Source: Octopus bimaculoides
Taxonomy: Eukaryota
Direction: 5' to 3'
Assembly (NCBI RefSeq): GCF_001194135.2
Contig: NC_068986.1
Span: forward strand, 27,168,906 to 27,232,905
Length of the DNA: 64,000 nucleotides
Below the pieces are notes generated by a model. It saw only the letters and a program-made list of their open reading frames with translations. It searched no databases and had not been told where the DNA came from. The position numbers were made by a program, and so were the translations under genes. Positions 53,480-64,000 of the stretch are shown piece by piece (the stretch's first letter is position 1; each line of letters opens with the position of its first letter).

Positions 53480-53893
53480 GTCTATAACCTCTCCTAAGTT
53501 ATCTAATATTATATCCATTTTAGACAATATTAAATATTGTTATTAATGTTAATCTTATGAATATATTGATGGTATGTGTACTTACAATTATGACGATGAT
53601 GGTTGCCTACATTGGTACAAAGCCTCAAAGTAGACGATGAGAGCATGTAATTGACTATATTGTATCAGTAATGTATACCTGGTCCTTATTTTGCCTACCT
53701 TGTAGGAATGCCACCCAACATCAATCTAGAACATTTTCTATCCTTGGAAAAACAACTTGTTGATTCTGTTGGAGTGTTGTTTATGATGTTTTTTACTGAC
53801 CTCTATACTTAATAGATCAAGTTGTGATGAAAGCAACAAACACCTTTATAAAAAAAAAAGATGCTGTTTTTTGTTTGTGTATATGTGTGTGTG

Positions 53894-53951
<58 letters not shown>

Positions 53952-54370
53952 GCTGAAAGGAAGGTAAAGTGAGAAAGCCAGAATTATTTTGCTGTAAATA
54001 GAAAGCACTTGAAACAATCCTATTTACTAAACAGAACCCTCTAATGGTATTACTTCAGACTAAAATTAGACTATTACGCGTTCATAATAATATAAATTAG
54101 CTACGGTTGGTGATTTTGGGGGTTTTATTTCTTAATTTTTATACTTTTTATTGTTTGTAACACCAGTTCTACATATAAAGCTTTTTTTTTTCATTTTGGT
54201 ATGTTTTGTGTTGTTTTATATTGCATGGTGGTGGTGGTGGTAGTGGAATAGGAGATAAAAAAAAGCAAAACAAACAAATATTTAGAAAAATAAAAGAAGG
54301 CCCAAACAAACAACAAAATCACTTAAATAAGGCGTCTGGTTCAAAATAAAAGTCTGGGTGTGTTTTAATC

Positions 54371-54385
54371 GTTGCTAATAGCAAC
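54371..54385. promoter_or_regulatory. Palindromic RFX X-box-like motif
   Basis: GTTGCT-AAT-AGCAAC fits GYTRYY-N1-3-RRHRAC in unique sequence; motif match only. Confidence 0.25.
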
Positions 54386-54534
54386 TCTAGAAAATCACTA
54401 ACACGTCCTATAATCTCTTTGTATTTTCTACTTCTAGTGTTGATAATTGAATGAATGGAATTAAGACTAACTAGAAAAATGGTACCAAAATTGATGACTA
54501 TAAATGATCTTTTCTCTGTCTGGCTCCCCCACCC

Positions 54535-54602
<68 letters not shown>

Positions 54603-55057
54603 CTGGTGTGTGTGTGTGTGAAGAAATCTTATTTAAAGCATTGAACTTGTTTGAGTTGCTTGGGATAAATGACCTTTCTCACTGACATTGATGGTGTTAA
54701 TAAAGTGGTTTCAGGAGTCTATTTCTTAACCCACCGGTCATCACTGAATGTATATGTGTGTTTATATTTGAATCCTGTGAAAACAGTTCATAAAATAAAT
54801 AAATAGTAGAGAGTCTGAATCCAGTCTTTTATTATTTTTATTTTATTTTATTTTATTTTAGTTTTTTTTTTTAATATTTATCACACAATAAAACAATCAA
54901 ATCTTGGTTGAATTATTTATAAAACCCTGGTTTAAAAATATTTCACACAGACTATCTTTGCTGTCTTCATTGAATCAGTTTGTTACTATAAATGAAACAC
55001 TATTTATTGAAAAGTAGTTTGGAGGGAGAAAATTTTAGTAAATACAAAATAGGTATA

Positions 55058-55680
55058 TGCATGGCTGTGTGGTTAAGAAGTTTCCTTCACAATTACATGG
55101 TTCCCCGGTTCAGTCCCGCTGTATGACACCTTAGACAAGTGTTTTCTGTGGCCCTGGACCAACCAACACCTTATGCATGAATTTGTTTGACAGAATCTGT
55201 ATAAAAACTATTGTGTGTGTGTGTGTGTGTGTATGCACATGTGTATATATCTATGTACATGTTTGCAGTCTGGACTTTTGATGGAAAGGTGATGATGGAT
55301 TGGTTTACAGCCAGATGCCCTTCCTATTGCTGACTCTGACCTGTTTTTCAAATAAGGTTTATCTTTTTCTGCACATCTTCGAAGGCTCAAAGTCAATGGC
55401 AACACACTGACAGAGGAAATGACAGCTATTTCACTGCCAATAACTGAGCAGTTTTCAGACATTGCTACTGTAAACACACACCCACACAACAAATATTTAC
55501 TCTCTGTGTGTGTGTATATACAAGGTGAACTTCTTTCATGTTCTACCTACCATATTTTTGCACAAGGTTTTGATCAGCCTCGAGCTGTAGAAGAAAACAC
55601 TTGTGTGAGGTATTGTTCTGTTGAAGTGAAACCAAACCCATGTGGTTGAAAAGTAAACTTTGTTCGCACACTGCTGTCTG
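55058..55680. mobile_element. Convergent pair of SINE A copies (55058-55210 +; 55270-55680 -)
   Basis: A head on + at 55058; A2 element on - with head at 55550-55680. Confidence 0.65.
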
Positions 55681-55713
55681 TGTCCCTGCATGTGTGTGTG
55701 TACATACACACAA

Positions 55714-55746
<33 letters not shown>

Positions 55747-56389
55747 ATATATATACATACATACATACACAAATACATACGTACATATACAAATAATCAT
55801 ATTCACTCAGTATTAAGTCAAGCACACTTGATTACAAACAGAATACTCATAGATAGATGCCATTTACACTTATGGCATGGACTCTAGTGGAATTGGTGTG
55901 GGCAATTATCCAATCTCTTCAACCAACCGCCATCTTCGTCACCTACCTCTGAAATTAGACTGTTGGAGAACCTACTTATTTTATTACTAGCCAGTCAATT
56001 GTGTTTTTGATTCCACTATTAATTGGTCAGTTATCGAGTGTCCACCTATTACTAATATTTTCATTATGTATTCTCTCCTTACTGAGATTGATTGGGATAT
56101 CGAAGTCCAGCACATTTACAGAACAAAGAGATAAAGGTAGTTAGGTGTTTTTATTTATTCCTTTATTACTGTTATTTTTTTTTTTTTTTAACATTAAAGA
56201 TAAATCCAAATTTCTTGAACTGACTGGCCACTAATGTCTTCCAGTCTTTGACTGATTGTCTTAGTGGTAATGTTTTATTGATTGATGCTTTATTATTCTT
56301 TCCTCCACCCCTCCATCCATTCCCACTCCCACTCCCCTCACTGAAACTGGTTTCAGCTAAAAAGATATGGAGAGGATGTTTCAATGTTC

Positions 56390-56434
<45 letters not shown>

Positions 56435-57225
56435 ACACGTTGTTTGACATTTGACACTGATAACTCAAGAGGGCAATTTGGTCTTTCCTGTTCTAATGTG
56501 TCTTTTGGAAATTTTTCTTTCTTTTCATTTTCATTTTTTTTTTTTTTTTGCAATGCTAATAATTAATGGCAGCCATAATAGATCATCATCACCATCATCA
56601 TCATCATCCATTGCTAAGTTTGATGGAATGTTAGAGAAACTAATTTTTTTTTTTTACATTTCTGTGTTTGGTTTGCAAAATTCTTGATATGATCTCCTGT
56701 GTCAAAACATGTTGCTGTATCTCAGGAGGATCATTATGCCAATAATAAACACATGGACTGGTTCTATTTCACTTCATTTATTATCATTAGTCTACTAGTT
56801 AACCATTTAACCAGTTAATTGATTATTTAATTGATTATTCAGTTCATTCAATCAGCTTGGTTTGTCAAAGTCCTTTCATTGCCTTTCACAGCCTTATCAA
56901 TAACATACCCTCTCTTCTCCAGGTCCTCTTGAAATCTGTCCGTCTGTCATTTTAGACATAATGACTCTCTTGATGTTTATTGAATTACAGTATGTCAAAG
57001 ACAAGAGTTTTTCACGAAACCCATTCCTTTCCCAGAAATTGTACATGTGATAATTGAGTTAGTGATAAGGACTACTAAATTAGTGATAGGGCTCACCTTA
57101 TTATAATAAGTTAGTGAAAGGTGTTAACTTATTTAGAACATCCCCACTCTCTCGTGGCATTTTCTCTCCTATTGAAATTTTGTTTTATTTTCATTTTACA
57201 TTTAGTTGTTTTTGTTTATTTCCTC

Positions 57226-57387
57226 GGCAGGAATGGCTGTGTGGTAAGTAACTTGCTTACCAACGACATGGTTCCGGGTTCATTCCCACTGCGTGGCACC
57301 TTGGGCAAGTGTCTTCTACTATAGCCTCGGGCCAACCAAAGCCTTGTGAGTGGGTTTGGTAGACGGAAACTGAAAGAAGCCCGTCGT

Positions 57388-57434
<47 letters not shown>

Positions 57435-57660
57435 TGTATGTTTGTGTATATGTTTGTGTGTCTGTGTTTGTTCCCCCAACATCACCTGACAACCGATGTT
57501 GGTGTGTTCACGTCCCCGTAACTTAGCGGTTCGGCAAAAGAGACGGATAGAATAAGTACTAGGCTTCCAAAGAATATGTCCTGGGGTCGATTTGCTCGAC
57601 TAAAGGTGGTGCTCCAGCATGGCCACAGTCAAATGACTGAAACAAGTAAAAGAGTAAAGA
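57226..57660 (+). mobile_element. Full-length young SINE family A1
   Basis: Near-identical to the reverse complement of 15130-15568; internal (TA)n; aaacaagtaaaagagtaaaga tail; most CpGs retained. Confidence 0.9.
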
Positions 57661-58429
57661 CAGTCTACCAAAGGCATTTGGCTGAATGGTTAAAATGTTT
57701 GGTTCACAAGCATAATGTCTTGGGTTTACTTCCTAGACTGGGCAGTGTGTTGTATTCTTGAGCAATGCATTTCATTTCACATTGAATTGAAAATGAATGC
57801 TATCTAAGTACTGGTGCATCTCTGTCTGTCAGTCTGTCTCCCCCACCTCTCTGCTATATACTGGATGTATTTCTGAGTCAATGGGTAGGAAAGTCCAGAG
57901 AGTATCTGTGTCTGCTGAAGGCTACATAGGCATCTAAAGCAATTAGCCAGAGTTTGGTATATGTTACCAAGTCATTCTTGTTTGTGGGTGACAGCTTGCT
58001 CCCAGTACCCAATTTTTCCACCAGTCTGTAATTTACAGGGTTGGGTAAGGTAAAAAAAACGTACTTGTATGTCATTGTTTATCTCAGTAATAGAGGTGAG
58101 TGAAGCCATCCATACAAATGAAATAAAATATCTCAGCAGTGTACTGCCCTCATGTTATAAAAATGTGTGTGCTGAATCAGATTTGATGAACATCATTAGC
58201 CAAGGGTTAGATTGATAATTTATTTTGTTCTGAAGTGAAACTCTAATGGTTATTAGAACCATTGATTTTACTGTTGTCATCTTTGTTGTCATCGTTGTCA
58301 TTATCCTTGTTTTCTTCTTTATCATCATCATGATCTTACCCTACTTGCACTGCAACACCATAAGCTGTAACTACCATCATTGTCACCACCACTACCAGCA
58401 CCACCCTCATCCACTTCACCATTACTGCC

Positions 58430-58655
58430 TTCATCACTACAACCATCATCATCATCACTACAACCATCATCATCACTACAACCATCATCATCACTACAAC
58501 CATCATCATCACTACAACCATCATCATCACTACAACCATCGTCATCACTACAACCATCGTCATCACTACAACCATCGTCATCACTACAACCATCGTCATC
58601 ACTACAACCATCATCTTCACTACAACCATCATCATCATCACTACAACCATCATCA
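58430..58655. repeat. 18-bp minisatellite (CATCATCACTACAACCAT) x12
   Basis: 12 CTACAAC cores, with a block of four units carrying a CAT>CGT variant. Confidence 0.95.
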
Positions 58656-59083
58656 TTGTTACCAGAGTCGTCGTCATCATTACCTTCATCATCATCATCA
58701 TCATCATATTAACCATCAGTATTGCCATTTATATATCATATCTGTCATAATCATTTTTAATAATCATTGTCACATCTAGAATTATCTTCAGTTTAAGTGC
58801 GATAATCTGCAGCCATGGATTGGAGGAAGACAAAAAAAAAAAAATACCTGTTTTTAGAAGATGGTAGTCTCATTAATGAGAGATGATGTTTTATATCTTG
58901 GAGATTTTACAGAGTTGACATTAGGAATGGCACCATGAAAAAATAATAAATAAACAAATCAATGTAATTACCATCAGTGCCACCATTCCCCACTGTCCAT
59001 TTTTTTTCCTTCTGTTTTCATGTTGTTTTGTCATTTTTAGATGAATATTTCATAGTTTAAGCATTAGTACCGGCTGAGATAAC

Positions 59084-59134
<51 letters not shown>

Positions 59135-59632
59135 GAATAGCTACTGTTTGAAAGAAACTCTAGCTACTTTCTTATTCATTGTTTGTCATGAAGCCAAGTG
59201 AAAGAGAAAAAAAAAACAAAAGAAAAAAGATGATAAAATAAAGGAACGAATGATGAAAGACAAAATAAAAAAAAACAAGACAAACAAAACTAAATAAATT
59301 TAATAATCAAAACCCTAAATCTCTAACTGAAGGAGTAAAAGAAATAGATTGCAAACTGAATTGCTAATGTTGCAACTATTGTGATTGCCTCTGGAAAATA
59401 ATGCAAGTGTTGTTGAAGGATTTTTTTTTTTCNNNNNNNNNNNNNNNNNNNNNNNNNNNNNNNNNNNNNNNNNNNNNNNNNNNNNNNNNNNNNNNNNNNN
59501 NNNNNNNNNNNNNNNNNNNNNNNNNNGGTAAAAAAAAAAAGAAAATGAAATAGAAAATATATAATAAAAAATGAAATGGAAAATACATAATAAAAAAATG
59601 AAATGAAAATTACAGAAAAAAAAATGAAACAA

Positions 59633-59671
<39 letters not shown>

Positions 59672-60169
59672 AAATGAATATGAAGAGACTGCCTGAGGAT
59701 TTTTCAAACAGTTACTCAGACATTTGGCTGTAAATCAAGTATCCAGTGTCCTTCCTATCTCATTTCTTTCAGATAATGGTACAATGATGGTAAATCATAT
59801 CGAATGTTTTTTTTGGGTTTTTTTCCTTTCCTTCCCCTTATTCCATTTTCTGTCAATGATGTATTGGCATTGAACCAAGCCGTACCTAAATTTCTCTGAC
59901 AGGCCCTATTACACTGCTATTTAAAACAAAAGCCCTATGTCCTTTATTTGTTTATTTGTTTGTATATTTTTAAATCTGTTTTATAAGATGCATTTTTGTT
60001 TCAGAATATTTTAGGGGTCTTCATAAATATATAGTCATGTGTCTCGTTTGTTGTTGTTTATGTTAGGTTAACTCTGATTGAGTAAACTTATCAACAGTAT
60101 TCCATTTGTGACCATCCCTCTTTTTTTGTGTGTGTGTCAGGCATAGTGTCGCTAGAACTACACATATTG

Positions 60170-60660
60170 CTTTCAAACTTTGGCACAAGGCCAGCAGTTT
60201 TGGGATCGGAGATAAGTTGATTACATTGACCCCAGTGTTTAACTGGTACAGGTTGACGTTGACTTAAGACCTATCCAACTTACAACCAATTGACTTTCCG
60301 ATGATTGGCAATACAGCTCCCAGCAGCAAGATGACTGCTTGAGACTGCAAAATTTTTGACTAATGCCAGTATAATAGTATAATACAGAATGCTGTGTGTA
60401 ACTTTTACCTGAGAATGTACCTTAAAAATGTAAAAATGTAAACCAAAGCTATGTAGGTCTATAGGCTGATTTACGACCAGTCAGTCAGAACCAATTGTGG
60501 TCGTAAGTTGATGATGACCTGTACTTTTTTTTTATCGACCCTGAAAGAATGAAAGGCAAAGTTGACTTCAGCGATATTTGAACTCAGACTCTAAAGATGG
60601 ACAAAATGCTGCTAAGTATTTTGCCTGGCATGCTAATGATTCTGCCAATTTGCTTCCTTA
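60170..60660 (-). mobile_element. SINE family B interrupted by a Tigger-like MITE
   Basis: The halves ..ccccagtgtttaactggTA and TActtttttttatcgaccctgaaagaatgaaaggcaaag.. rejoin into one B element. Confidence 0.8.
60249..60521. mobile_element. Tc1/mariner (pogo/Tigger-like) MITE, 273 bp, TA duplication
   Basis: TA|CAGGTTGACGTTGACTTAAGACC ... GGTCGTAAGTTGATGATGACCTG|TA; ~23-bp imperfect TIRs resembling the Tigger-type CAGG..CGACTTACGACC terminus. Confidence 0.8.
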
Positions 60661-61889
60661 TATCTCTAGAACTATATACAATCCAATGTGTATTTCTCTT
60701 TCTTAAAAGAGTAGGGTGCTATGTCTAGCAAGTCGATCGGCCTTATTGTTGATGGTACAATACCCAGGAGGCTTTTTACTGGTTCTAGTTACAAGCAACC
60801 TTATACATTGTTCAAAATGAAAACAATTTGTTTTAGTCTCAATGTAGTGTGTTTTAGAAAAAAATCAACTTGGTTCCAAACATATGTCACAGATTTAATT
60901 GTCAACTGATCAGCATAAAGTGAGGCACAGACACATTCCAGCACTGTCCTACTGGTATGCTATTCCCCCCCCCCTCCCTCTCTCTTTTTCTTACTGTAAT
61001 GGCCTTCAAGAACTGGAGCTGGCTGCATTCATACCATCTCTAATCAGGTATTCCCAACCCATCTGGGACTAGTCTTTCCTCTTTGCAACATTCTTTTGTG
61101 TCTCACACTCACCCCAGGCTTCACACTAATCACTACACTCAATCTCAGAGTTCTTTCCCAGAACTTTGGTTATCTAGAATCCTCTCTCAGCTCATGTCTT
61201 TCTTGCTGGTGTTGGCTCAGGAAGAAATAGCACTAATGGAATCAATCTCACTGGTCTAGGAGTGCCTACAATGACCATAGCCACTACCCCTTCATCCAGA
61301 CCCAGAAAGTTAAAAAGGAAAAAAATAAATAAAGTACTCACTGACTAATTTGTAGCCACACTTCCAAAAAAAAAAAAAAAAAAAAAAAGTTTTAAAAGAT
61401 CAGAATTCTTTAATTATTTTTGCGTGTGATAAAAAGTGATAAATGTTGGCGTTTTGTGCAGAGCCCATCTTAAAGGAAATTAGAAGTATTAGAATTATTC
61501 ACATTGCAGCGGTACCCTCAAATTGTGCTGATTGTTTCTTTTGTCACAGTTATGATTGCTGTGTTGTTGACACTGGAATTAATTAGAGGGGCTGTCAGAT
61601 GTGTCACCTGACACAGTTAACACTGTATTTAGTTCAGTCACAAGTCACACTGACATTTAACTGCCAACCATTTGACTACGAGGCCACACTGACACATAAC
61701 TAATCCCACTTTGGTTGATTGTTGAATGTATTTTGTCTGTAACAGTTAATAGCATATTGATTTTTGCTTAATTATACACTTCGTCAACTTTGAGAAAGAG
61801 AAAGTAGGTGTGTGTGTGTGTGTGTTTGTATTACCTATTAAATTAATTGCACTGCCATATTTTTTATTTTTATTTTTGTTATCTATCCT

Positions 61890-62200
61890 TAACATGTTTC
61901 AGCCATGCTGTGGCACTACCTTGAAGGTTTTCAGTCGATCTAATTAACTTACTTTTTTTAAGTCTGGTACTTATTCTATCAGTGTCTTTTGCTGAATTGT
62001 GAAGTTATTAGGGGCACAAGTGATGACAAACGCGCACACAACAGGCTTCCACAGTCTCTGCTTATCAAACTCACTAGCAAGGCATTGGTCAGCCTGGGGC
62101 TGCAATGAAATACATGCCCAAGGTGCCACACAGTATTACTGACCCTCAAATCACATAGTTACAAAGTGAGTTTCTTAATCACACAGGTATACCTGCACCT
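61890..62200 (-). mobile_element. SINE family A1, degenerate
   Basis: ctggtacttattctatcagtgtctttgctgaa..gcccaaggtgccacac..cttaatcacacagg. Confidence 0.7.
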
Positions 62201-62287
62201 AACTTGTATTTCTTTATCAGTCCTGAAAATATGAAAGGCAAAGCAGCCCCCAGTGAACTTGGGATCTAATTATTTGACTACATCTAG

Positions 62288-62412
62288 TCTTTTTGACTTT
62301 GCCTTTCATCCTTTTGGGGTCAATAGATTAAGTACCAGTTGCGTATTGGGGTCGATCTAATCGACTGGCCCCCTCCCCAAAAATTTCGAGCCTTGTACCT
62401 AGAGTGGAAAAG
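62288..62412 (+). mobile_element. SINE family B, 5'-truncated
   Basis: gactttgcctttcatcctttggggtcaatagattaagtaccagttgcg..ggccccctccccaaaaatttcg, close to the 9421-9625 copy. Confidence 0.8.
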
Positions 62413-63026
62413 AGTAATGATTAGGTGAACTAGGCACAGATCCACTTTTTGTAGTGGTGGTGGTGTATAGCCAATTGAAATGATTCTAGTGTATTCAGTT
62501 GGTATATTTACTATCGGTGATGTTACCTATTTAATTTATTGTTGGGTAATGAATAAGAGAGTTAACCTAGAATATAGAAGGATGAAAATGAATAAACTGT
62601 GTGTTCTTAAATGGCTTACAAACATCTTCCACACTGCAATTGTTTTTGTTTCAGCACACGATCTCAGATGAAGTCACTTGCAATGCAAGTACATCTCCGT
62701 AATAAAATAAATACCATAATTCATGAATAGGTGTGTGAAGCAGTGACAGAAAAAATACCAACTTAAAACCAGTTTAAATATGTTTGAGAGATATCTGTAA
62801 AGGCTGCTCGATGCAGTTTATTGTGAAGAGCAAGTTCTTTCTTTGGACGAAAAAGGTGCTAAAACACTATATTCAGCTCAGAGTGCCCTCTATTGGACTG
62901 ATACCTGCATTTCATACCTGTTAGTTCCTTTCAGTAGCAGAAACCAAGGAAGGCAATTTTGAGCTGGCCAAAAAGCTTTATTTTATTTATTGTACATCAG
63001 ACACATTGACATACACTGGTGTATAC

Positions 63027-63039
63027 TGACCTTTGACCC
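63027..63039 (-). promoter_or_regulatory. Nuclear-receptor DR1 motif GGGTCAAAGGTCA
   Basis: Exact RGGTCA-N-AGGTCA direct repeat (COUP-TF/RXR/HNF4 class); motif match only. Confidence 0.3.
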
Positions 63040-63326
63040 ATTACATTTGCCACTGATCCTAGTCACACTAACCTCTGGCTGCATCATTTCGTACATACAC
63101 TACTTACATACTACTGCTACGCTCGACCACATTACACAGATATTTTTCACTGGCACCATTCTGTGTCTGCAACCTGCTACAGTTAAGAACATGACTATTA
63201 CTCATTGCAGTTACACTGACACCTCACCTCCCACAAGTGTATCATATTTCTTTGACACTGGATCATGTGTCACTAAATAGCCTCAACACTATATTGACCT
63301 GACTAGGTTTTAAATACACACATATA

Positions 63327-63365
<39 letters not shown>

Positions 63366-63369
<4 letters not shown>

Positions 63370-63470
63370 TCATCATCATCATCATCATCATCATCGTTTA
63401 ACGTCCGCTTTCCATGCTAGCATGGGTTGGACGATTTGACTGAGGACTGGTGAAACCGGATGGCAACACC
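63366..63470 (-). mobile_element. Young, 5'-truncated RTE-type 3' end (family C)
   Basis: (CAT)n-cgtttaacgtccgctttccatgctagcatgggttggacgatttgactgaggactgg with CpGs intact. Confidence 0.8.
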
Positions 63471-63483
63471 AATATATATATAA

Positions 63484-63519
<36 letters not shown>

Positions 63520-63646
63520 TATAACTTCAGACAATATTTCACTATAAACTTGATCCTGCATCATTATCACATTTTCCAATTAATGGCTCTGTAACCTTAA
63601 TTTATAATGCTCTTCTATCCTGATATCTGTGATATTTTATTTTTTT

Positions 63647-63684
<38 letters not shown>

Positions 63685-63714
63685 TATTGTTGTTGTTGTT
63701 GTTATATGATGGTG

Positions 63715-63910
63715 GTGAGCTCATCAGACAAAATGTTAAGCAGTATTTCTTCCAGCTTTATGCTCTAAGTTCAAATGTCACTGAGGTCATCTTCGCTTTT
63801 CATCCTTTTGGGGCCAATAAAATAAAGTACCAATCAAAATCTAGGGTCTATTTAATCAACTAAACCCTTACCCTTAAAATTGCTGTTTTTGTACTAAAAT
63901 TAGAAAGAAT
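63715..63910 (+). mobile_element. SINE family B, degenerate
   Basis: ctctaagttcaaatg..cttttcatccttttggggccaataaaataaagtacc..aaattagaaag. Confidence 0.7.
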
Positions 63911-64000
63911 TATTCACCCTTTCATTACCGTATTTGAGATGCTCTGTGTTTCTTTCAAATATAATAAAGAATTTAGTAAAATAACTTAGTTATCATTAAG

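Noticed and set aside
54309-54323. AACAACAAAATCACT, complementary to the 3' part of miR-7
   Set aside because: Seed region missing; low-complexity context.
55860-55975. YY1-like AAGATGGCGG motif (minus strand, ~55928-55937) as a promoter or first exon
   Set aside because: Single motif, no CpG island and no convincing ORF or donor site.
41471-59795. Possible 6-17-nt micro-exons (near 41477, 58038, 59773)
   Set aside because: AG..GT pairs this short are common by chance; no supporting homology.
61164-61177. CTTTGGTTATCTAG, a 14-nt match to miR-9
   Set aside because: The 3' part of mature miR-9 and the star arm are absent, and there is no precursor hairpin.

Overview
Eukaryotic, AT-rich, microsatellite-dense DNA with eight N gaps. 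The repeat landscape (tRNA-headed CORE-type SINEs, (GAT)n-tailed RTE-type ends, TTAA-flanked MITEs) is what I associate with an octopus/cephalopod genome; that attribution is from recall, not a search. I find no recognisable host protein-coding exon, so the window looks like a very large intron or gene desert. The only ORF with real protein homology is an internally deleted hAT (Charlie/SPIN/GTF2IRD2-like) transposase inside a 1.3-kb element with TIRs and a perfect 8-bp TSD. Nearly all other listed ORFs are microsatellite or N-gap artefacts. Most interesting: (i) a ~400-bp head-to-head palindrome made of a tRNA B-box head fused to a Penelope-type minimal hammerhead ribozyme, present once per strand, whose intact ancestral core can be rebuilt from complementary CpG decay; (ii) a SINE flanked by an identical ~200-bp direct repeat; (iii) a pre-miRNA-sized 60-nt hairpin; (iv) nested transposon insertions and modular SINE tail swapping.
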